From Dickeya solani IPO 2222 (GTDB lineage: Bacteria > Pseudomonadota > Gammaproteobacteria > Enterobacterales > Enterobacteriaceae), in contig NZ_CP015137.1 in the NCBI RefSeq assembly GCF_001644705.1, forward strand, positions 3,150,001-3,182,000: 32,000 nt of DNA. Reading direction: 5' to 3'. How positions within the stretch are numbered: the first letter of the stretch is position 1; each line of letters begins with the position of its first letter. Shown piece by piece: positions 25,248 to 32,000 of the stretch. The position numbers were made by a program, and so were the translations under genes. The notes under the pieces are model-generated. The model saw only the letters and a list, made by a program, of their open reading frames with translations. It searched no databases and was not told the origin of the DNA.

Positions 25248-26533
25248 ATGAGTACGAGAAATGTTGTGCGTATTGTCGTGACAGGAACCGGTATCGTTGG
25301 GCCATTGGGATGCGGTAGCGAAACCGTTTGGTCCCGCCTGCTGGCCGGACAATCGGGTATTCGAACGTTACCTGCCGAGCTTACCGATGGCACAGGCACG
25401 TTGATCGGCGGACAGGTGCCAGACCGGGAGGAAGATCCGCAGGCGGGCTATGACGCCGGGGAGATTATTGCGCCTAAAGAGCGTAAGAAAATGGATCGTT
25501 TCATTGAGTTTGCGTTAATGGCTGCCAAAGAGGCGCTCACTCAGGCGGGATGGAACCCAAGCGAAGAAGCCCAGCGACAGCGAACAGCCACGATTATTGC
25601 TTCTGGTATCGGTGGGTTCGGCGCCATCGCTGACGCGGTGCGCACCACCGATGAGCGGGGCCGCGTCGGCTGTCGCCATTTAGCGCACCGTCCTTTCTCG
25701 CCAACATGGCGGCGGGCCATGTCTCTATCGCACATGGCTTCAAAGGGCCGCTGGGCGCGCCGGTAACAGCCTGCGCTGCGGGTGTGCAGGCTATCGGCGA
25801 TGCGGCACGGCTGATACGAAGCGGTGAAGCGGACATCGCCTTATGTGGTGGGACTGAGGCGGCGCTGCACCGTGTCTCACTCGGATGCTTTGCGGCGGCT
25901 CGGGCGCTATCAACCGCATTCAACGATCGCCCTCAGGAAGCATCGCGCCCCTTTGACAGGGATCGGGATGGTTTTGTGATGGCCGAAGGCGCAGGCCTGC
26001 TGGTCATCGAGTCCCTCGACCATGCACTGGCGCGAGGCGCTCGCCCGCTGGCGGAGCTGGTAGGTTACGGCACCAGTGCCGATGCTTACCATCTGACAGC
26101 AGGCCCGGAAGATGGCAACGGCGCTCAGTACGCGATGCAGCAAGCACTACGACAAGCTGGCATCGCCCCCGGTGATGTTCAGCACATCAACGCCCATGCC
26201 ACCTCCACTCCAGTCGGCGATCGAGGAGAGCTGAGCGCGATTCGGGCTGTGTTCGGAAGCGAGTCCAGGGTTGCTATTACGTCGACCAAATCCAGTACCG
26301 GCCATTTACTGGGGGCTGCCGGTGGCATCGAAGCCATCTTCACCGTTCTGGCGCTGCGCGATCAAATTGTTCCCCCCACTCTCAACCTTACCCATCCCGA
26401 TGCGTTAGCCAGCGGCCTTAACCTGGTGGCGACATCCGCACGGAAAATGCCGATTCAGTACGCCTTGTCGAATGGGTTTGGGTTTGGCGGGGTGAACGCC
26501 AGCGTGCTGCTTCGTCGCTGGGAAACGGATTGA
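25248..26533 (+). pseudogene. Beta-ketoacyl-ACP synthase II (FabF-like) paralogue interrupted by a -1 frameshift
   Basis: The N-terminal 137 aa (frame of 25248) and the C-terminal 290 aa (frame of 25706) are both KAS II-like: active-site TACAAG Cys, HATSTP His, and STGHLLGAAG His. The frames join at CGGGGCCG (25656-25663). One extra base there would give ...TDERGPRRLSPFSAPSFLANMAAGHVSI..., an intact 428-aa protein. Confidence 0.8.
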
Positions 26534-26720
26534 GAAAAGACTGTCGGGACCGGCTCTCACCAGGCGGAGTGCTGCAATAACGCAGCCCCGCCAGCTAACG
26601 TCTGGAATTCCTGAAGGAATTGGGCCCGGCAGAGGTAATTCCAAGCGCATCGGTAGGTACTGTGGTGTTTAACGAGATGGAGGCTGAAGAATGGCGCAAC
26701 GCTATCGATATTCGGACCCC

Positions 26721-27623
26721 TTATTCACTGGATTTTATATAGTCTATAAACGCTCTTAATGGGGGAGGGACAAAGCGGCGGCCCGAGTAGTAAAGGTATA
26801 ACCCGGAAAAGGGTTTCCACCAGTCAGCCAGTACCGGCTCCAGCCGTCCATTTTCGAAGTATGGTTCAAGCCAGTCTTCGAATAAATGAATAATCCCCAC
26901 CCCTTCAAGGGCTGCGTTAACAGCAAGGTCCGTTGCGCCGCCCGCCCTTACCGTTAGACGATTCTTTGGGGTAACGCAAATCACCTCGCCATCGCGTTCA
27001 AACTCCCAGGGGCTGGCCAGGGCACCATTTGCAAAGCGGTTCAAAATGCAAGCGTGTTTTTCGATGTCCCGGGGATGAGAAAGCCGTCCGTAGCGGTCTA
27101 AATATTCCTGTGATGCCGCCGTTGCATTGCGCTGGAATCTCGGACCAATGGGGACGGCAATCATGTCCTGGTCAAGTTTATCGTCATGGCGGATCCCGGC
27201 ATCATTTCGTAGAGATAGCACATCAACAATATTATCCTCAGCGTCAATTTCTACGCGTATATCAGGGAATTTCTTCATAAAGCCGGGCAGGATCTTAGGT
27301 AATACCAGTCGGGCTGCACTCACCGGTACATTAAGCCGTAAAGTCCCTGGTAGATTTTCTCGAAATACTTCCACGACACCAAGAGCCGTTTCAATTTCAT
27401 CAAGGGCGGGTCCCAGCCTGGTCATCAGTAACAACCCAGCTTCAGTGGGTGTGACACTCCGGGTCGTACGATGAAGCAGACGAACACCGAGCTGAGTTTC
27501 AAGTCTACGGACTGCACCGCTCAGGGTTGAGGCGCTCAGTTCGCCGGATCGAGCCGCATCCCGAAATCCTCCTGCGCGTACAACGGACACAAACATGCTG
27601 ATATCTCTGAGGTTGTTACTCAT
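26721..27623 (-). CDS. LysR-family transcriptional regulator
   Basis: N-terminal wHTH (ISMFVSVVRAGGFRDAARSGELSASTLSGAVRRLE) and 300 aa in total. Divergent from the aldo-keto reductase gene. Confidence 0.9.
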   Translation of the reverse strand: MSNNLRDISMFVSVVRAGGFRDAARSGELSASTLSGAVRRLETQLGVRLLHRTTRSVTPTEAGLLLMTRLGPALDEIETALGVVEVFRENLPGTLRLNVPVSAARLVLPKILPGFMKKFPDIRVEIDAEDNIVDVLSLRNDAGIRHDDKLDQDMIAVPIGPRFQRNATAASQEYLDRYGRLSHPRDIEKHACILNRFANGALASPWEFERDGEVICVTPKNRLTVRAGGATDLAVNAALEGVGIIHLFEDWLEPYFENGRLEPVLADWWKPFSGLYLYYSGRRFVPPPLRAFIDYIKSSE

Positions 27624-27726
27624 TGTTCGATTTTCCGTACATGCCGTGCAAAAAGCTGATGTTATATATCAGTGTATTCGGTTGTAAAGTAGAAGGCATA
27701 CGACAAATATTCAGGAGACCACCAGT

Positions 27727-28611
27727 ATGCAGTCGATAGAATCATTCCAACAATTCCTTGTAGGTGATCGTCAGGTAAACCGAATTGGCTATGGCGCCAT
27801 GCAACTCGCGGGGCCGGGTGTTTTTGGGCCACCACGTGATCATGAATCCGCTCTCGCTGTTCTCAGAGCGGCCGTATCTGCTGGCGTTAATCATATTGAT
27901 ACGAGTGATTTTTACGGACCTTTTGTGACGAACAGGTTGATCCGGGAGGCTCTGGCCCCCTACAGCAATGAATTAGTTATTGTCACAAAAGTTGGTGCTC
28001 TGCGCGGTGAGGATGGTTCATGGAACTCAGCCCTTAAACCGCACCAGCTGCGGGCCGCTGTCGAAAGTAACCTGACAAATTTAGGTCTTGATCGGTTAGA
28101 AGTGGTAAATCTTCGCATTCATCCTTCCGAACAGGAACGGGGGAATTATTCCGTTGCAGAAAGCTTTGGTGCCCTGGAAGCGATGCAGCGTGAGGGCCTA
28201 ATCCGACACCTCGGGTTGAGTAATGCGACTGCTGCTCAGATCAATGAAGCCAGAGATATTGCTCCGGTTGTCTGTGTTCAAAATGAATATAATCTTGCAC
28301 ACCGGAATGATGATCCCCTTATTGACAGCCTGGCCAAAGACGGCATTGCGTATGTGCCTTATTTCCCTCTGGGTGGGTTCAACCCGTTACAGTCTGCAAG
28401 TCTATCGGATGTCGCCACACGTGTTGGTGCAACACCTATGCAGGTTGCCCTTGCCTGGTTACTGCAACGCTCACCGAATATTCTGCTGATCCCGGGGACG
28501 TCATCGGTTACACATCTTAAAGAAAATCTTGAGGTATCCTCGCTGACCCTTCCCGAAGATGCTATTGCAGAGCTTAATAATATTGGGGCATTACCTCAGG
28601 AACACTCTTAA
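27727..28611 (+). CDS. Aldo/keto reductase
   Basis: AKR signatures are present: GYGAMQL, IDTSDFYG (Asp/Tyr), VTKVG (Lys), and LGLSN. 294 aa. AGGAGA SD. Confidence 0.88.
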   Translation: MQSIESFQQFLVGDRQVNRIGYGAMQLAGPGVFGPPRDHESALAVLRAAVSAGVNHIDTSDFYGPFVTNRLIREALAPYSNELVIVTKVGALRGEDGSWNSALKPHQLRAAVESNLTNLGLDRLEVVNLRIHPSEQERGNYSVAESFGALEAMQREGLIRHLGLSNATAAQINEARDIAPVVCVQNEYNLAHRNDDPLIDSLAKDGIAYVPYFPLGGFNPLQSASLSDVATRVGATPMQVALAWLLQRSPNILLIPGTSSVTHLKENLEVSSLTLPEDAIAELNNIGALPQEHS

Positions 28612-28810
28612 TTATCATGGTGTAAATGAGTTTAAATATTTGGTACTTATCATAATCATTTCTTAATGGTTTTTACTTAAAAAACAAAAGGCATATTTTA
28701 TTACATCCATTGCAGGGTGCGGGAATATGTTTTTCATCGATAATTAACTTAAGGCATCAAAATATTTAAAAAGATATTTGATGTCAAATATATAGTGGTG
28801 AGGTTAAAAA

Positions 28811-29824
28811 ATGAAAGCTGTTTTGCTGAATGGTAGCGGTGAGCCGAAGAATGTTCTGAGCCTGAATGAAATAAATGATCTGACTGCTCCGAAATACGGA
28901 GAGGCAATCGTACGGATTAATAAACGCATTATACATCCAGCAGATTATCAAACCATCCGTGGATTTCTTCCGGCCGAGGTATTCACTCATGCCGGGGTGC
29001 CGGGTATTGATGGCGTTGGTATTGTTGAGGCCATTAATTCAGATGATGAGCATTCAGCGGCTATTCGCGTAGGAACCAGGGTTATTATTTATCACACGAG
29101 AGGTACATGGGCTGAACGCGTATTGGTCCCTGTCTCCTCATTGATGCCGGTACCTGACGACATCGATGATTCGGTTGCATGCCAGCTTGCTACCAATGGT
29201 ATTACTGGGTTGATGCTCCTGAATGCCGCAGAACAATCCGCCAATGAATCAACAGAGAAAGCAACGCTGCTAGTGACTGCTGCAGGCTCCGGTGTAGCCC
29301 AGAATATTATCGCGCTTGCCATTGCCAGGGGGCACCGGGTTATAGGTCTGGTCCGTCGTCATATGGATGCGACAGTATTAAATGAGCGATTCCAGAATGC
29401 GGATATTATTGGTACCGATCATGACGACTGGCAAAATACGGTAAAAAGACTCTCTACTAACCCCCCTGAGGTCGCTATTGATCCTATTGGTGGCAGTATG
29501 GCTTCCGCCTTGCTTGGCCTGCTGCCGCCAGGTGGAACGCTCATTACGTATGGCGCACTGGACCCACAGCCGGTACAGATTTATACCGGTTTCCTTACCT
29601 CGCTCGAGCTGACCATTAGAGGCTGTTCCGCTATAGGATGGGCTACACGCACATCAGCAGAGCAGCGCGCCGCTGATTTCAATACACTCTTCGATCTTGT
29701 GAGGAGAACTCCTCAGATATTTGAGAATACGAATGAATACCCATTAGCAATGGTGGTTGATGCTATTGCAGCTGCAGAGTCAAGTCCGCGGCGGGGAGCT
29801 ACTATATTAGTGGCTGATAATTGA
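28811..29824 (+). CDS. MDR-superfamily quinone-oxidoreductase / enoyl-reductase-like NAD(P)-dependent oxidoreductase
   Basis: GroES-like N-terminal domain and the nucleotide-binding motif VTAAGSGVAQ (AxxGxxG). I see no obvious catalytic-zinc ligand set. 337 aa, AT-richer coding sequence. Confidence 0.8.
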   Translation: MKAVLLNGSGEPKNVLSLNEINDLTAPKYGEAIVRINKRIIHPADYQTIRGFLPAEVFTHAGVPGIDGVGIVEAINSDDEHSAAIRVGTRVIIYHTRGTWAERVLVPVSSLMPVPDDIDDSVACQLATNGITGLMLLNAAEQSANESTEKATLLVTAAGSGVAQNIIALAIARGHRVIGLVRRHMDATVLNERFQNADIIGTDHDDWQNTVKRLSTNPPEVAIDPIGGSMASALLGLLPPGGTLITYGALDPQPVQIYTGFLTSLELTIRGCSAIGWATRTSAEQRAADFNTLFDLVRRTPQIFENTNEYPLAMVVDAIAAAESSPRRGATILVADN

Positions 29825-30050
29825 ATAAGTCAGTAATGCTTATATCAAGTAATTTGTGATAATGGCGGGGGTTATGTTTAAACTGACAATACCCTCGCAC
29901 TTTAAGTGGCGATTGGGTTAATCAATGACAAAGCACTCTGGATCAATATCTTGGTTTCATAAAATCACAAGGCTAGTAAGTTTGTTCTATTCTGTGGGTA
30001 CACCTAAGGTAGATGCCAGGTGTTAAATGTTATATTTTCAGGAGGCATGT

Positions 30051-30392
30051 ATGAAATTTCATGATGATATAGTGATGGATCTAAAGAAATGGATTGCAAG
30101 TAACCTCTCTGAGAAAATAGTTATTGACGTTATAAGTGAACGTTCTGGGTATTCTAAATGGTATGTGCAGCGGTTATTCAGAAAGGTAACAGGTATTACT
30201 TTAGCCACGTATGTCAGACAACAGCGATTGTCTAAAGCTTCCTGTGAATTAATAAATACAAACCATACTATTGCATATATTGCATTGCAGAATGGCTTCG
30301 CGGATCAACAAACATTTCACCGTGTTTTCGCCCGGTATTACAAGCAAGCGCCATCCAAATGGCGTAAGAATCAGTCTGCTGGTCGCGGATAA
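30051..30392 (+). CDS. Small AraC/XylS-family regulator of the MarA/SoxS/RamA type (DNA-binding domain only)
   Basis: 113 aa with two HTH units (SERSGYSKWYVQRLFRKVTG... and IALQNGFADQQTFHRVFARYYKQAPSKWR), the same architecture as MarA/SoxS/RamA. AGGAGG 5 nt before ATG 30051. Confidence 0.85.
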   Translation: MKFHDDIVMDLKKWIASNLSEKIVIDVISERSGYSKWYVQRLFRKVTGITLATYVRQQRLSKASCELINTNHTIAYIALQNGFADQQTFHRVFARYYKQAPSKWRKNQSAGRG

Positions 30393-30542
30393 TGATTTCT
30401 GGAACTTCATTGCACTCTTAATTCACTGAAGATGATTCTTTCACAATTTTCCATGAACAGTTATGTGAATGAGAAAATCCTGCCAGACGGACTTTATTGA
30501 TAAAGAATTACATCAATATGTCAGCACTTGTTATCTTCACAT

Positions 30543-31187
30543 TGATCTTCCCCGGCAATAGTGGACACACGACTAAGTGAGTAAACTCTCAAGCAAGAGG
30601 GGACTCACATGACAAAGCCCGCATCAATCAATAAGAAGCCCCGTGAATAGCTCTCGCCGGAATTCCGTGATGAAGCTCTGAAACTGGCAGAGCGTATCGG
30701 TGTGGCCGCCGCCCGTCAGCTCAGCTTTCAGGAATCGCAACCCTATGCCTGGCGCAGCAAAAAGCAACAGCAAACAGCGTCCTCAGAACGCGAAAATGAA
30801 CTCGCTGCTGAACCGGCTGAGGAACTGACCGTCCTCCCAAAGGCCGCGACATACTTTGTTAAGCGCCTGAAATGGAGTATGTCTTTATCGAAAAACACCG
30901 GGCAGAGTTCAGTATCAACGCCATGTGTCATGTGCTTCAGATTGTCTGCAGCGGCTGGTAGGTCTGGCAAAACAGCGCTATGGCGCGCCGCGTCTGACGA
31001 ATGAACTCCATGCGCAAGGATTGCCATTTAATATCAAAATGGTTGCTGACAGCCTGCGCCGTCAGGGACTGCGGGCCAAAGCGGCACGGAAGTTTAGTCC
31101 GGTCAGCTACCGTGAGCACGGCATGCCGGTGTCAGAGAATCTGCTGAAGCAGGATTTTGCGCTAGCGACCCAAATCAAAAGGTAGAT
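30543..31187 (+). mobile_element. Decayed, 3'-truncated IS3-family element (left inverted repeat, orfA and the 5' part of orfB)
   Basis: It begins TGATCTTCCCCGGCAATAGTGGACAC..., which resembles the IS3 left end as I recall it. The orfA-like frame MTKPASINKKPRE*LSPEFRDEALKLAERIG... has an in-frame TAG at 30648-30650. The orfB-like sequence ([17 protein letters not shown]..., [62 protein letters not shown]) has an internal deletion and stops before the DDE domain. No right inverted repeat is present. Confidence 0.85.
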
Positions 31188-31434
31188 ACCGTCAGGTACA
31201 GGCCTTGCGAGTCAGTGAGCTTGTAAGATTTTGCGAGAGGTTTCGCGGATCGGACTTTGCTGTCAGTTAACATATGAGGGTCACTCCCGTTCATCGAACT
31301 GAATGACCCGCAATCTGACCCACAAATTCCCCGATACGAAGGGATAAATCAAAACGCATCGGAAAAGATTTTCACGCCAACTTATTGAATCGTAACAACA
31401 TAGGGATTGATAAGGAAGCATAAAAAAGGAAAGG

Positions 31435-31510
31435 TGGTGCCCGGACTCGGAATCGAACCAAGGACACGGGGATTTTCAATCCCCTGCTCTACCGACTGAG
31501 CTATCCGGGC
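31435..31510 (-). tRNA. tRNA-Phe (anticodon GAA)
   Basis: The reverse complement reads GCCCGGATAGCTCAGTCGGTAGAGCAGGGGATTGAAAATCCCCGTGTCCTTGGTTCGATTCCGAGTCCGGGCACCA. It is 76 nt, folds as a cloverleaf with encoded CCA, and matches the E. coli pheU/pheV sequence as I remember it. Confidence 0.97.
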
Positions 31511-31520
31511 AACGGGGCGC

Positions 31521-31549
31521 ATTAAACCGTATATCGTGGGGAGCGTCAA
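31521..31549 (-). promoter_or_regulatory. Sigma70-type promoter of the tRNA-Phe gene
   Basis: On the minus strand: TTGACG, then a 17-nt spacer, then TTTAAT, followed by the GC-rich discriminator GCGCCCCG just before the mature tRNA 5' end. This layout is typical of stringently controlled stable-RNA promoters. Confidence 0.6.
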
Positions 31550-32000
31550 CGAGTTTCTGCCATAATCGCTGCGGTTGGTCTATTTTCAGTCAGCTATCCC
31601 CATTGGTAGTGGGTTTCCGGCGTGCCGGAACGTTCCCGCAATGACACGGCAGGCCAGACGGCGCGCGGCATTGCGTCGATAAATACTGTCACATTCGTTT
31701 TCTTGAATTCGGCGAAAAATAATGCCACTATTGCGCGGTTTTTAACTTACCTTTCACTTGCGGTTATTAGAGGGTTGCGGATATGTCGGATTCAATGCTC
31801 ATGGTACAGATGCCGTGCGCCGGATCTCTGCTGCTGTCGCCGCATCCTGAACGCACTGCGTTAACCCCGTCCCTGTTTTCCCGATTATCCCTCGCCACCA
31901 TGCGGTGAGGCGTGCTGACGCTCCCTGTTAGGCATGATTAAAAATAGAGCCGGTCTCTGATTTTACTGATGTCTATCGGACGGTGCTGGTCCCAGATGAT

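Noticed and set aside
24778-25251. 157-aa alternative-frame ORF within the SDR gene
   Set aside because: It is out of frame with a canonical SDR that has all cofactor and catalytic motifs. Its translation is Arg/Trp/Ser-rich noise.
30702-31185. ORFs 30702-31004, 30743-31027 and 30925-31185 read as independent genes
   Set aside because: They are fragments and shadow frames of the decayed IS3 orfA/orfB and are covered by the mobile-element remnant call.
31622-31864. 80-aa ORF to the right of tRNA-Phe
   Set aside because: It has a GTG start, a Cys/Arg-rich improbable sequence, and no SD. The region more probably holds the tRNA promoter and an upstream non-coding stretch.

Overview
This looks like a chromosomal accessory region of an Enterobacterales-type genome. 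That placement rests on a tRNA-Phe(GAA) gene I recognise as the E. coli pheU/pheV sequence, an IS3-type remnant, and a LexA-boxed sbmC homologue. The window is a patchwork of transport and detoxification modules. From left to right it contains: two tandem Tat-signal Bug/TctC-family binding proteins with no TctAB partner; an MFS transporter; SOS-boxed sbmC; and a divergent TSUP permease / LysR pair. Next comes a five-gene cluster (6931-12453) encoding an ABC ATPase, an orphan 135-aa signal-peptide protein, a MacB/FtsX-type permease, a TolC-like outer-membrane factor and a HlyD-type adaptor. After that is an AT-rich islet with a P-loop kinase and a choloylglycine-hydrolase (penicillin V / AHL acylase-like) gene, then a SnoaL-like gene and a deleted quinone-oxidoreductase pseudogene. 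A TetR-controlled efflux locus follows: a NodT OMF and a MATE gene on the minus strand, and tetR-MFP-RND on the plus strand, with the same 24-bp operator present twice. It is followed by an SDR gene and a frameshifted FabF-like ketosynthase. The right end carries an AT-richer LysR / aldo-keto reductase / MDR reductase / MarA-like module that ends at a decayed IS3 remnant abutting the 3' end of tRNA-Phe. This resembles a degraded tRNA-Phe island with no integrase. The best candidate for an undescribed system is the 6931-12453 cluster. I interpret it as a dedicated MacB-type tripartite exporter whose cargo, or surface-destined partner, is the embedded small secreted protein. All family assignments come from reading the translated ORFs for motifs. 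No database search was possible.
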